From: Eledone cirrhosa
Taxonomy: Eukaryota
DNA: 64,000 nt
Assembly: GCA_964016885.1 (NCBI GenBank)
Contig: OZ024744.1
Span: 62,682,001 to 62,746,000 of the forward strand
Direction: 5' to 3'
In this document: positions 24,954-38,600 of the stretch, piece by piece
Layout of the letters: each line of letters starts with the position of its first letter
Numbering within the stretch: position 1 is the first letter of the stretch
Made by a program: the position numbers and the translations under genes
The notes under the pieces: generated by a model
The model's database searches: none
Told to the model about the DNA's origin: nothing
What the model saw: only the letters and a program-made list of their open reading frames with translations

Positions 24954-27563
24954 GATTTCATTTATTAGCCACCAGGGCCGACATATAGGGGACAATACAA
25001 AGACAGGGACAGTGGGGGTTTACAATAAGGTGGAGTAAAAGTGCACAATGGCAAGACTAATTTAACAATGAAAATATAAAAATATAAAATAAACTATGCA
25101 TAAATATAACAAAATCAATTCCCCGATAGGGGGTGTACGACCCTGGGGTGCTTCAGGTACCCCACCAATCCTGAACCACCCTGCGCTTCTAGGGCACCCA
25201 GGGAGAGCACCCCTCTCCTCAAGTTAGCTAGCCTATAGGCGCATGGTCAGAGTAGGCCCATTCACACGAGCCATTCTCGCCACATTCACCCACCTTTTAG
25301 CAAATGTACTGGGGGGGGGGGGGGGGCAGCACTTCTCTCTCCACCCTCACCTTCCTTTCCAGGTGAAACTTGAAGAAGTTGATGAGGGATTGGCCGAAGA
25401 GAAAAGTGTCTGTCTTCAGTCCTTTCAACCTGGTCCACCATATAATCTCTTTTGCAACTGCCACCAGACAGAGGAAAATTGCCTGCTCTTCCTGACCTAA
25501 GGAAGGCGGTGGATCGATCTTCACTATGGACTCAGCCGATAGCCGGATTCGTTCCACACGCGACAGTAGCTGTTCGACATAACTCCACAAGTTAGTAATG
25601 CACGGACATTGGACAAGTGCGTGCAGAACGGTTTCGTCGTTCTGTGCGCATCTTGGGCAGGTCCGTCTGACAGCACTTCCGTGCCTGTAGAGTTTATCCC
25701 CCGGTAGCACTGCCAAGCGAGGGATTTCTGGAAATTGTCCATCGTCCCCGGCTCAAAAGTCCTCCGGTACAGACTGGTCAGTTCGACTTCGTCGAGGCCC
25801 AAAGCTTCTCCGAGTGCGTCATCGCACTTGCCCACCACTAATCCTCTATAGAATTCGAGAGTGGAAGTTTCACTGATCGCATTGCCCGCTTGGTAGAGGA
25901 CAGTGAGTGCCTGGCAACACTCCAGGTGCCAGTCACCCAGTCTCGGTCTCTTCTTGACCCAGGACTCCAGCTCGGTCAAAGAATGAGCTGCGGAAAGGCC
26001 CGTCTGATAAACGGCGACCACACCTGTTCACCGTTGAGGCAGAATATCTGGAGATGTCGCAGCCTCAACGCATGTCTGCGCATCATTAGCCACGGCATGC
26101 CCAGCCCTCCGCGTAGAGGGTGCTAGCAGCAGATGGACCGCCTCACCAACGGAACTTGTCCCCTCCACAAGAATTTGAAGAGGAGCCGTTCCAGCTTGAC
26201 GAGGCGCGGATGGGGGCAAGGCACGACGGTCAGGTGGTAGTAGATGACGGACGCGATGTACGCATTCGCCACCTCCGCGCGACCTTTCAGTGATAGCTTC
26301 CTCCCAGCCCATTTTTGGGTGAGACTGGCTACTCTGCTCGTTACCTCCTCCCAATTCTTTTCCACCTGGAGGTCTGGTCCGAACCAAACCCCGAGCAACT
26401 TTACCGGTCCGTCCGTCCAGCGCCCCACGACGCTGTTGGACGGCATGGGCTTGCCTCTCCAGGTGCCGATCTGCAAGCTCACCGACTTTTCCGGGTTAAG
26501 TTTGGCTCCTGTCAACCTTTCATATTCCTTCAATAAGGTGCCGACCACCTCGATTTCTGAGGTGTTCGACACCATCACGGTGATGTCGTCCGCATAAGCC
26601 GACACCGTCTTTCCACGTCCCGGTTCGAGCGGGATGCCCTGCAACAGCTCCAGCTTCCGCAGTAAAGGCTCGAGAGTCAATACGTACAGAAGGGAAGAGA
26701 GAGGGCACCCTTGACGGACCGATCGGGAGAGCCGAAATGGTTCCGAGAGGTGGCCATTAACCTTGACCACCGAGCATGTGTCGCTGTGCATTGCAACGAT
26801 CCAGCTTCTAAAGACAGGGCCGAAGCCAGCTGCTTTGAGGACAAACTCCAGATACCGATGGTCGACCCTATCGAATGCTTTCGATTGATCTAAATTGATC
26901 AGTGCCCCACCGAAGCCAGGTTTACACCCAACCCTCTCTATGATGTATCGCATGAGGTGGAGATTGTCGTGTATGGACCTGGCTGGGATTGCGCAAGTTT
27001 GCGCCTCCCCAACCAAATCCTCGACGACAAGCACCAATCTCTTTGCTAACACCTTGGCCAAAATCTTAAACTCTGTGTTGAGCAGAGTTATGGGCCTGAA
27101 GTTGTCTAATGTATCCCTCTTGTTCTCGTCTTTCCTTATCAGCGTCACCACTCCCCTGCTCACAGAACTGGGAATACTCCTATTCTGCTGCCAGTTGCAG
27201 TAGAGTGCTTCGAGGAGTTCGGAGAACAAGTCTGGCATATTTACGTAAAGCTCGTAGGGCAGGCCATCCAAACCGGGTGACTTGCGCCTCATGCAGCCGA
27301 CAAGGGCGTCCTGAATTTCGGCTGAAGTAATCGGCCTTTCGCAGCGCTCAGCCTCGAGCGTCGAGATGCGCGGCAAGCCGTCAAGGTAGGGACTGAAATC
27401 CGCTACTCTCTCAGGCTCGCCACTCTCCCCGAACAACCGAGCAAAGTGCTGGCGAAAGGCCTCACACATCCGCTTGGAATCGCTTATCTCGTGTCCGTCT
27501 CGGTTCACCAAAGACCGAATTGTGGTTTTATTACCACGCTGCGCCTCCGCCACGCGGGCCCAT
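24954..27563 (-). mobile_element. Tx1/L1-like LINE, 5'-truncated
   Basis: RT motifs KSPGLDGLPYE, NFRPITLLN, NLDQSKAFDRV, RQGCPLS, YADD. C-terminal CPRC..ETVLHALVQC. Stops and frameshifts present; ends AATAAATGAAATC(ATT)n. Confidence 0.92.
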
Positions 27564-29956
27564 CCCTGAGGCGGTACACACTAAGACATTCTGGAGAGGA
27601 ATATGGGAGCAGGATGTTAAACTTAATGACCAGGCAGTGTGGATTGAGACAGTACAAAAGGAGATCAGTTAACAGGCACACCAACAAACTGATTTGAGTA
27701 TCACAGTTGAAATTCTTAAGGGGCAGGCCAAAAAACTAACCAACTGGAAATCACCAGGCCCAGATGGTGTGCAGGGGTATTGGATTAAAAATATAACATC
27801 CCTCCACCCGAAACTGACAACCATGTTCAATGACTGCTTGATGTCAGGTGAGGTACCAGAGTGGTTGACAAAAGGTACCACAGTTCTGGTAATGAAAGAC
27901 CGAATCAAGAGTAATGATGTTACCAACTATAGACCTATCACATGTCTGTCCGTAATGTGGAAACTATTGACAAGCATTATGTCTGAGGAAATCTACCATC
28001 ACCTCCACACAAACAACTTGTTACCGGACGAACAGAAAGGATGCCGAAAGAAGTCCCGTGGTACAAAGGACCAGTTACTTATTGATAAGATGGTAATGAG
28101 GAATTGCAGGAGGAGACACACTGGTCTTGCCATGGGATGGATAGACTACAAAAAGGCATTTGACATGGTGCCTCATTCTTAGATCACCAAAAGCCTAGAG
28201 ATCTTCAAGGTGGCAGATAACATCAGACAGTTGTTGAGCAAAAGTATGAAGTCCTGGAAAACAGAGTTAACATCAGCTGGAGAATCCTTGGGAGGCGTGA
28301 AGATCAAAAGAGGTATCTTCCAGGGAGATAGTTTGTCCCCTCTGTTGTTTGTCCTTGCCCTGATGCCCCTGACCATTATACTGCGAAAAGTGAGAGCAGG
28401 ATACAAGTTGGGAAAGGGAGAGATTACCATCAATCACCTCCTCTTCATGGACGACCTTAAGCTCTTCGGGAAGAGTGAGAAGGAGTTGGATGTGCTTGTT
28501 GACACTGTCCGTATTTTCAGCTATGATATATGTATGCAGTTTGGTATTAGTAAGTGTGGAGTCCTTGTGATGAAGAGGGGTAAATTGAGCAGAAGCAACG
28601 GAATCCATGTACCAACAGGTGAGATGATAAAGGAAATTGACACTGAAGAAGGATACAAGTATTTGGGTGTTCTGGAGGCTGATGACATCAAGAACAAAAA
28701 AATGAAGGAATTGATAAGATCTGAATACATTCGGAGAGTAAGGAGCGTATTAAAGTCACATCTGAACAGTAGGAATGCCATAAGTGCAGTAAATTCCCGA
28801 GATGTGTCTATTATTAAGTACAGTGTGGGAATTCTGAGATGGAATGTTGCTGAACAAAAAGAAATGGATAGGAAGACTAGGAAGCTATTGACTATCTACA
28901 ATATGTTCCACAAGAGGAGTGATGTCGATAGACTCTACTTAAGGAGATCTGAAGGTGGAAGAGGTCTTATCAGCATAGAGGACTGTGTTCAGATGGAGAA
29001 AAACAACCTACACAAATACGTGACTGATAGTAAGGAGCCAATGCTTAGAACTGTACTGAAGGAGAGGACAATAGACCAGGGGATGTCCAGGGAGGAAATA
29101 ACAACAAGGAGAAAGAGCAGCCTTCATGAAAAATCCCTTCATAGTACCTTCTTTGAGAAAACTGAATTCAGAGATCCACAGACATGGAACTGGTTGAAAA
29201 GAGTAGACCTTAAAAAGGCTACAGAAGGAATGCTAATGGCTGCGCAAGAGCAGGCCCTCAAAACGAAGTGGTTGAAACACCATATTTACAAGGAGGAGGC
29301 TAGCCCACTGTGTAGGATGTGGAGAGAGAGGAGACTGTGGCTCACATTGTATCCGAGTGTAAACACCTAGCCCAGACTCACTATAAGGGCTGGAGACATG
29401 ATGTGATGGGCAGGGTGATCCACTGGCACCTATGCAAAGTAAACAATTGATCACATTCTGAGAAATGGTATGAGCATAAGCCAGAGTCGGTGATAGAAAA
29501 CGATCAGGTGAAGGTGCTGTGGGATTTTAGGATACAGACGGACAAGAAACTGGAACACAATAGACCTGACCTGGTGGTTTTGAACAAAGAAAACAGATCG
29601 TGCCTGATTGTGGATGTGGCCTGCCCATTCGACACGAGAGTGCAAGAGAAGGAGAGGGAGAAAATTAACCGAATCCAGGACTTAAAGTGGGAGGTAAAAA
29701 GGATTTGGAACTGCCATGAAGTCAAAGTGGTCCCGATTGTCATAGGCGCACTAGGTACTATCTCAAAAAGTTTCCAGGGATGGTTAAAGAAAATTGGCCC
29801 CGCCACGCTTTTTGGAACGCTTCAAAAGGCATGCTTGCTGGGAACAGCAAGAACCCTCCGATACGTCCTGAATATCTGAGGCTGCAGGTAGTGGCTTGAT
29901 ATTCATTTCAACAAACTTTTCAGTTAACTAACATCAATGACTGAGACTCAAAGAAA

Positions 29957-29989
<33 letters not shown>
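27562..29989 (+). mobile_element. R4/Dong-like RLE LINE, 5'-truncated and disrupted
   Basis: ORFs 27694-28182, 28210-29370 and 29490-29879 are collinear with the 1130-aa ORF; premature TAG at 28180, frameshift near 29320; (TAA)n tail. Confidence 0.93.
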
Positions 29990-30347
29990 TGTTTCTACTT
30001 TTGTGCCAAAATGCACTGGGTAAATGCTGGCCTTGTGCCTAAAGTAGAAACAATTATATTTTGACATTTATAGGCATTTTTATGGACCACATCCAATATT
30101 CGCGATTTTTCACTCTTCACGGGTGTTCTAGGAACGTAACCCCCATGAAAACTGGGGGACAGTTTTATATATGTATATTCTGTCGCTGTATATATATATA
30201 AAGTCAAGGAATTATTATTAAAACAATTGACTATGTATCTTTCACTAGTTAAACTATGTAAATAAAATTTTTCTTTTAAAAGGCACATCGTCAGCAATTT
30301 AGGGGAAGGGGTAAGCTTGAACGATTCTGCTAATCCATCGCCCTCTA

Positions 30348-30537
30348 ATAATTATTTCTACTTTTGGCACAAGGCCAGCAATTATCCTAGTGCATTACTG
30401 GTACTTTATTTTATCGACCACGTAAGGATGAAAGGCAAAGTCAACCTCGGCGGGATTTGAACTCAGATCGTAAAGGGACGTAACTATGCTGAAACCATGG
30501 CGTCCGACCCTCTACCGATACTGCCAATCCACCGCCC

Positions 30538-30538
<1 letters not shown>
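30348..30538 (-). mobile_element. SINE family 1, full length
   Basis: Consensus match from the GGGCGGTGGATTGGCAG head to the tail. Confidence 0.88.
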
Positions 30539-30589
<51 letters not shown>

Positions 30590-30591
<2 letters not shown>

Positions 30592-33500
30592 TTTCTTTAT
30601 TGTCCACAAGGGCTGACATCAAGAAAAACATTACAGACGGCACGGGACGGTACGATGTGGGTTTTGTGCGTGTAAATATTTTTATTATTTATATAAGAAA
30701 AGAAAAAAAAGGACATAGAAACATATATATATATATAAACAATAAAAATGAAAATTGAAACAATGAAAAATTCCTCAATAGGGGGGAAACCTCCTCCGAG
30801 GGTTACTCGTGGCGAAAACCACACAAAAGACCACGGCCACCCTGACCACCAGGGCAAGCGCCCTCTCTCAATTTTTCCATTTCTCAAACTACAGACGTAT
30901 ATTCAGAGCGGTCCCGTTCACTCGGACCATTCTCGCTACATTCACCCTCCTTTCAACAAACTTGCTAGAAGGCAGCACTTGCCTCTCCACCCTGATTTTC
31001 CTCTTCAAGTGAAACTTGAAAAAGTTAATCAGGGATTCGCCGAAGAGGAAAGTGTCTGTCTTTAACCCTTTCAATCTTGTCCACCACACAATCTCTTTCG
31101 CCATGGCCACCAGGCAGATGAAAACCTCCTGCCCTTCCTCCTCGAAGGAAGACGGCGAGACCATCTGCACAATGGAGTCAGTCGACAACCGGATCAGTCC
31201 TACACGCGACAGCAACTGTTCCACATAGCTCCACAAGTCAGCAATGCTCGGGCACTGAACGAGTGCGTGCACGACGGTTTCGTCGCTCTGCGCGCATCCC
31301 GGACAGGCTCGGCTGACGGCACTTCCGTGCCTGTAGAGCTTATTTCGAACCGGCAACGCTCCCCAGTAGCACTGCCAGGCCAGGGATTTTTGGAAGTTAT
31401 CCATAGGCCCTGGGCTGAAAGTTCTCCGGAAGAGAGCAAACAGCTGATCTTCTTCGACGCCCAGGATCTCTTCGAGAACGTCGTCGCTCTTCCCTTCCAC
31501 TAGTCCTCTATAGAACGCCGAGGTGGATGTTCCACCGATACTGGTGCCCAGCTGGCAGAGAGCAGTGAGCGCCTGGAGACATTCCAGTCTCCAAGCGCTA
31601 TCCGTCGGTCTTTTTCTGACCCAGGACTGCAGCTCCGTCAAGGAGACGAGCTGTGGCAAAACGTGCCTGGCGAACGGCGACCACACCTGTTCCCCGTCAA
31701 GGAAGCACCAGAGATGTCGCAGCCTCAGCGCATGTTTGCGCATCATCAGCCATGGCATGTCCAGTCCTCCATGCAACGGGTGTTGACAGCAGATGGATCG
31801 TCTGACCATGGGAGCGCGTCCCTTCCACAAAAAGCGGAAGAGGAGGCGCTCCATTTTGGTGAGAGTTGGGCCGGAGCAAGGGACGACGGTGAGGCGGTAG
31901 CAGATGACGGATGCGATTTACGCATTCGCCACCTCCGCCCGGCCTTTCAGGGACAGCTTCCTCTCAGCCCATTTCTGGGTGAGGGAGGCCACCTTGCTCG
32001 TCACCTCATTCCAGTTTTCCTCCATCTTGATGTCCGGTCCGAACCAGACCCCGAGCAATTTAACCGGTCTGTCCGTCCAACGCCCTACGACGCTGTCGGA
32101 CGGTATGGACTTGCCTCTCCAGGTGCCAAGCTGCAAGCCCACCGACTTTTCCTGGTTTATCTTTGCTCCTGTCACCGCTTCGTATTCCTTAAGAGCGGTA
32201 CCGAGCATCTGGACGTGTCTGGTGCTTGACACCACCACGGTGACGTCGTCAGCGTAAGCCGACTCGGATTTCCCGCATCCTAGTTCGCGTGGGACGCCCC
32301 TCATCGCCCCCAGTTTGTGCAGTAACGGCTCGAGAGCCAATACGTACAAGAGGGACGAGAGGGGACAAACCTAGCAGACTGAGCGCATGATGCTGAACGG
32401 CTGCAACAGGTGACCGTTTACCCTCACAACTGAGCAGATGTCGCTGTACATCGCAGCGATCCAACCCCTGAAAACAGGCTCGAAACCGGCTGCCTCGAGG
32501 TCTACTGCCAGGTACCGATGGTCGACCCTATCGAATGCTTTGGATTGATCCAAGTTGATCAGGGCCCCACCCGTGCCAGGTTCCTTAACCACCCTCTCTA
32601 TGATGTATCGCATGAGGTGGAGGTTGTCGTGTATGGATCTGTCCGGAATGGCGTATGTCTGCGCCTCTCCCACCAGACCCTTGACGACAAGCGCCAACCT
32701 CGTTGCTAACACCTTGGCCAAAAGCTTGAACTCTGCGTTTAGCAGGGTTATGGGCCTGAAATTATCGATAACATCCCCCTTGTTTGGGTCTTTTCTCAGC
32801 AGCGCCACCGCTCCCCGGCTCACAAAACTGGGAATGCTCCCGTTCTGCTGCCAGTTGCAGTAGACATCTGCCAAGAGGTCATCGAACAAGTCTGGCATAA
32901 ATGCATAAAGCTCGTAGGGCAGACCATCCAAACCTGGCGATTTACCCCTCGTGCAGTTAGCCATCGCTTCCCGTATTTCACCGGCTGTTATTGGCTTTTC
33001 GCAACACTATGCTGCAGTCGTTGAGAGCCGAGGCAGTCCGTCGAGGTATGCACTGAAGTCCATACCCCGATCCGGGCCGCCGCTGCTCCCGAACAGTTCG
33101 GCAAAGTGCTGCTGAAAAGCTGCACACATCCGCTCGGGTTCGAGCATCACGCACCCGTTTTGGTCAGACAAAGACCGAATTGTGGCTTTGTTGCCACGTC
33201 GTGCCTCTTCCACCCGGGCCCATTGGACGGCTTTTGTCCCCTCGTGTTTCAGAGCACGCGCTCTAGCTCTGACAACGCAGCCTTCGTGTTTTGCGTTGAA
33301 GAATTGGTCGAGTGCTAATCTCGCCGCAAGCACGTCGGTTGCGATGCCTTTCCTAAACGCCTCTTCTAGCTTTCTGACTAGCTCTCCCTCTACTCTATTT
33401 TCCTCTATCACTACTCCTTTGCTAAACCTAATCGACTGTACTTTAATTGCCCTTTTAAGGGTGAACCACCACCTGTTGTTGACAACCACACCCATCAACG

Positions 33501-34950
33501 CCCGCTTAACTAATACGCTAATCCGGTCTCTGTAGGCTTTGCACGCCGGGAAAGACGCGTTCAGCTTCCAGTATGTCGTCTGTCTATGTCGATCTTACAG
33601 ATCATAAATTTGTGGTCTGTGTAGTTGACTATTTTAAATTGTGGACAACTTATGCTAGCCATCTAGTTCTCTGCAGAATACCCTATCTAGATACGATCTG
33701 GATGACCCGATGCGGTTTGTCCATGTCCACATTGGCACATTCGGGTGATCCAGTCGATACCTGTCAGACAGTTCAAAGCGTCTGAGCAGGTTGGTGGGGC
33801 TCTTGCACTCTCCTCCCCTATCCACTAGCCCCACACAATCCCAGCGTGCATCTAAGATACCGTTCCAGTCGCCCACTAACACTAAAGAGCGGGACGTTCC
33901 AAGAAAGGTCTCTAGACGTCTGAAGAAATTTGGCCGCCCTGCCCCTGTTGGGGCGTAGACGGCTACTAGCCTGAAAGCATTGCCTTCGCTGCCGGTCACC
34001 TCCAGCACCACCGACTTACCTTCTGGGTCTAGGAAGATGGCCCGTATGGCGAGATCCAAGCCTCTCCGAAAAAGGACGGCAACCCCTCCCCCCGATCCTG
34101 GACAGCTGGGAGATGCGTATTCATCGTAGCCTCCGAAGATCGGTGCGAAGGCTTGTGCTTCGGAGATTCTGGTCTCACTGATGGCCACCACATCTATGTT
34201 TAGTGACCTGAGGTCGTTGAGCAGGTGACCCTGCTTCCAAGATGACCCCAGGCCACTGCATTTATACTGCCTATTCTGAGTACGGCCATGTTGGATGAGA
34301 AACGGGGCAAGTGAGAAAGGGTCACTTACCTTGATCGTGTGGTGAAGAGGCAGTAGAACCGTCAATAGAACTGGTCATGGGTGTTTCCAAGAGGATGTCA
34401 GTGTATATCCTCTTGGTAACCGACCCTCTGAAATCTCCAACTGCGTTGGGGAATTTTTGTTTTAAAGGTTTGTACTGTTCTATTGAGATTTCGATGATGC
34501 TTATGTTTGTCGAGAGAGTTCTTGGTGTTGGTGGGGTGTAGTAGTTTTTTTCTGTGATGTCTGTGTGCTGCTTTATATATTGTATGAGTTCTTTTTTTTG
34601 CCATGTTTATGGCTGTGTACTTTTGGGGGGGAGGGGTGATTTTGTTGCTGTTTTCTTCTTGTTGCTGTTTGGTGTGTGTGTTTTGTTTTATTTGCATTGT
34701 TGATATTTTTGGTGGTGTGGTTGTTGTTGTCAGTGGTGCTTGTGGTGGTGATGGTGATGGTGATGGTGGTGGTGTTGCTGAAAGTTTCCTTGCTGCCTTT
34801 ACCCCTCTTTGTATGCCTTCGCTTTTGGAGGGTGAATCTAAGGGTTTTTTTTTTTGGTTTTTTTGTGGCAGACCGTTTGCCACTTCACTCCCACCTCAAA
34901 GTCCATGTCGGATTCCGTGGCGTCTGGGAGGGGTATGTGCTCCACGGTAA
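30590..34950 (-). mobile_element. Tx1/L1-like LINE (ORF1 remnant, APE, RT, CCHC), disrupted
   Basis: APE: VAISET, GVAVLF, VYAP, GDWN, SYLDRVF, TDH, YWKLN. RT with YADD. CPGC..ETVVHALVQC. Ends AATAAAGAAATC(ATT)n; diverged from the 24954 copy. Confidence 0.92.
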
Positions 34951-34953
34951 TAA

Positions 34954-35069
34954 TGGCACTACAACGGAATTGGCTGTCAGAAGTGAAAGTAGAAGAATGT
35001 GACGTCAATCTGACGTCATTCATCAACCTTCTCAATCGTCAAACTTCATTTATTTCCGTTGTAGTGCCA
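34954..35069. mobile_element. 116-bp MITE, PIF/Harbinger-like
   Basis: 16-bp TIR TGGCACTACAACGGAA / TTCCGTTGTAGTGCCA, flanked by TAA on both sides. Confidence 0.7.
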
Positions 35070-35070
35070 T

Positions 35071-35665
35071 AATAATAATGTCCGTTTACAATTGTTTCGT
35101 TACTCCATATAATGTTTCTGGATCAATAGATTATAGATCATTATTGATCTGGTTCAGATGAAGATAAGTAACTTAGGTAATATTATGGAGCAGCTCTTCA
35201 GAACTTCAAATGAGATAATGAAAATATTGATAAAGATAAGATGGAATAAGGAATATAAAGTAAAGTAAAGAAGGATGGTTACATGAATGTAATGTTCCAT
35301 ATATTGGTATTTCACGAAAGGGGTCCTGGATCTATCTATTGTCTGCTATAAGCAAGCATTACGCTTCTGTTGAGGCTGTATTAAGTGAGATCTGCCTATG
35401 CATAACAAAATGGCCTCCTAAGGAGATTTACTTTACTAATTTGAGACGGGTTTCAAGGGAGGTAACTCCTTGAGAATTTAAAATCATAGGTGATTTATAG
35501 CTAAGAAGTGCTAATGAGCTTAAGTGAGAGACAGTGTGGGGGAGGTAACTTATAATTATCCAAGTCTGGATTAAATATTTAACATGTTAGCTATATGTAA
35601 TAGCGAGATTAGATGAACATTATATGGAGTAGCGAAACAATTGTAAACGGACATTATTATTATTA
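35071..35665. mobile_element. Core of a PLE-derived foldback element
   Basis: 35071-35118 is the reverse complement of 35616-35662; contains a hammerhead motif. Confidence 0.75.
35084..35204 (-). ncRNA. Type I hammerhead motif with long stem II
   Basis: GUU-CUGAAGA-GCUGCUCCAUA...UAUGGAGUAAC-GAAA-CAAUUG-UA-AAC; palindromic stem III. Confidence 0.6.
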
Positions 35666-35679
35666 TTATTGTTATTGTT

Positions 35680-38600
35680 ATTCCTTGAATCTCAGTCATT
35701 GATGTTGGTTAACTGGAAAGTCCGTTGGATTGAATATCAAGCCACTACCTGCAGCCTCAGATATTCAGGACGTATCGGAGGGTTCTTGCTGTTCCAAGCA
35801 AGCATGCCTTTTGAAGCGTTCCAAAAAGCGTGAAGGGGCCGATTTTCTTTAACCATCCCTGGAAACCTTTGGAGATAGTCCCCAGTGCGCCTATGACAAT
35901 CGGGATCACTTTGACTTCATGGCAGTTCCAAATCCTTTTCACCTCCCACTTTAGGTCCTGGTATCGGTTAATTTTCTCCCTCTCCTTCTCTTGCACTCTC
36001 GTGTCGAACGGGCAGGCCACATCCACAATCAGGCACGATCTTTTTTCTTTGTCCACAACCACCAGGTCAGGTCTATTGTGTTCCAGTTTTTTGTCCGTCT
36101 GTATCCTAAAATCCCACAGCACCTTCACCTGATCGTTCTCCATCACCGCCTCTGGCCTATGCTCATACCATTTCTCAGAATGTGGTAGATTGTTTACTTT
36201 GAACAGGTGCCAGTGGATCACCCTGCCCATCACATCGTGTCTCCAGCCCTTATAGTGGGTCTGGGCTAGGTGTTTACACTCGGACACAATGTGAGCCACA
36301 GTCTCCTCTCTCTCTCCACAGATCCTGCACAGTGGGCTAGCCTCCTCCTTGTAGATATGGTGCTTCAACCACTTCGTTTTGAGGGCCTGCTCCTGCGCAG
36401 CCATTAGCATTCCTTCTGTAGCCTTTTTGAGGTCTCCTCTTCTCAACCAGTTCCATGTCTGTGGATCTCTAAATTCAGTTTTCTCAAAGAAGGTACTATG
36501 AAGGGATTTTCCCTTAAGGCTGCTCTTCCTCCTTGATGTTATTTCCTCCTTGGATATCCCCTGGCCTACTGTCCCCTCCTTCAGTACAGCTCTGAGCATT
36601 GGCTCCTTACTATAGGTCACGTATTTGTATAGGTTGTTTTTCTCCATCTGAACACAGTCCTCTATGCTGATAAGACCTCTTCCACCCTCAGATCTCCTTA
36701 GGTAGAGTCTATCGACATCACTCCTCTTGTGGAACATGTTGTAGATAGTCAATATCTTCCTAGTCTTCCTATCCATTTCTTTTTGTTCAGCAACATTCCA
36801 TCTCAGAATTCCCGCACTGTACCTAATAATAGACACAGCTCGGGAATTTACTGCGCTTATGGCATTTCTGCTGTTCAGATGTGACTTCAATACGCTCCTT
36901 ACTCTCCGAATGTATTCAGTTCTTAACAATTCCTTCATTTTTTTGTTCTTTATGCCATCAGCCTCCAGAACGCCCAAATACTTGTATCCTTCCTCAGAGT
37001 CAATTTCCTTTATCATCTCACCTGTTGGTATCTGGATCCCGTTACTTCTGCTCAACCTACCCCTCTTCATCACAATGACTCCACATTTACCAATACCAAA
37101 CTGCATACATATATCACTGCTGAAAATACGGACAGTGTCAACAAGCACATCCAACTCCTTCTCACTTTTCCCGAAGAGCTTAAGATCGTCCATGAAGAGG
37201 AGGTGATTGATGGTAAGCTCTCCCCTTCCCAACTTGTATCCTGCTCTCACTTTTCGCAGCATAATGGTCAAGGGCATCAGGGCAAGGACAAACAACAGAG
37301 GGGACAGGCTATCTCCCTGGAAGATACCTCTCTTGATCTTCACGCTTCCCAAGGATACTCCAGTTGATGTCAACTCTGTCTCCCAGGACCCCATACTCCT
37401 GTCCAGCAACTGTCTGATGTTATCTGCCACCCTGAAGATCTCCAGGCTTTTGGTGATCCAGGAATGAGGCACCATGTCAAATGCCTTTCTGTAGTCTATC
37501 CATCCCATGGCAAGATCAGTGTGTCTCCTCCTGCAATTCCCCATTACCATCTTATCAATAAGCAACTGGTCCTTTGTACCACGTGACTTCTTTCGGCATC
37601 CTTTCTGTTCGTCCGGTAACAAGTTGTTTGTGTGGAGGTGATGGTAGATTTCCTCAGACACAATGCTCGTCAACAGTTTCCACATTACGGGCAGACATGT
37701 GATAGGTCTATAGTTGGTAACATCATTACCCTTGATTCGGTCTTTCATTATCAGAACTGTGGTACCTTTTGTCAACCACTCTGGCACCTCACCCGACACC
37801 AGATAGTCATTGAAAATGGCCGTCAGCTTCGGGTGGGGGGATGTTAAATGTTTAATCCAATACCCCTGCACACCATCTGGGCCTGGTGATTTCCAGTTGG
37901 TTAGTTTTTTGGCTTGCCCCTTAAGAGTTTCAACTGTGATACTCAAATCAGTCTGTTGCTGTGCCTGCTCACCGATCTCCCTCTGTACTGTCTCAATCCA
38001 CCCTGCCTGGGCATTGTGTCTAACATCCTGCTCCCATATTCCTCTCCAGAATGTTTTAGCTTGTTCCGCCCCAGGGATCAAGTCGTTGCCTCTTTCTTTC
38101 CCCTCAAGCTGTCCAAACAGCATCTTCTGGTTGTTGTCGAACATGCGGTTCTGTTTATACTGACTGACTCTGTTCTCGTATCGCCTGATTTTGGCACTCT
38201 TTGCTACAATGCGTTGCTTCAATTCCTCTATGATAATATTTAGCTTTTTACTCCTAGTTTTGTATTTTATTTCCAGTCTATTTTTAGTGCCTATGTTTTT
38301 TAGTGTCCCATTCAGTAGTGACTCAAGCTTTCCTATGTCATTTCTCATTTCCCCGATTTGCCCACTCAGTCGCTTCTTCCACCACGGCTCTGCTCTTTCT
38401 TGTCTGTTGTTTCCTCTCGCTTTTATACCAAGTAGTTTCCTCACCGTATTTGCTGTTGCTTTGAGGATATTGTTGCACTGGTGAAGACTCCTCGCCTCAA
38501 GGTATGGGATGACTTTGTTTACCTTAGCTGTTGTTTCTTTTAACTTTTTCCTGTCTACAAATCTTAGGTTCATAGGTCTCCCACTATCATTGTTCAACTC

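Noticed and set aside
33573-33660. Apparent inverted APE segment (TDHKF on the + strand)
   Set aside because: The minus strand also reads NYTDHKF in the expected position; a local near-palindrome explains the mirror.
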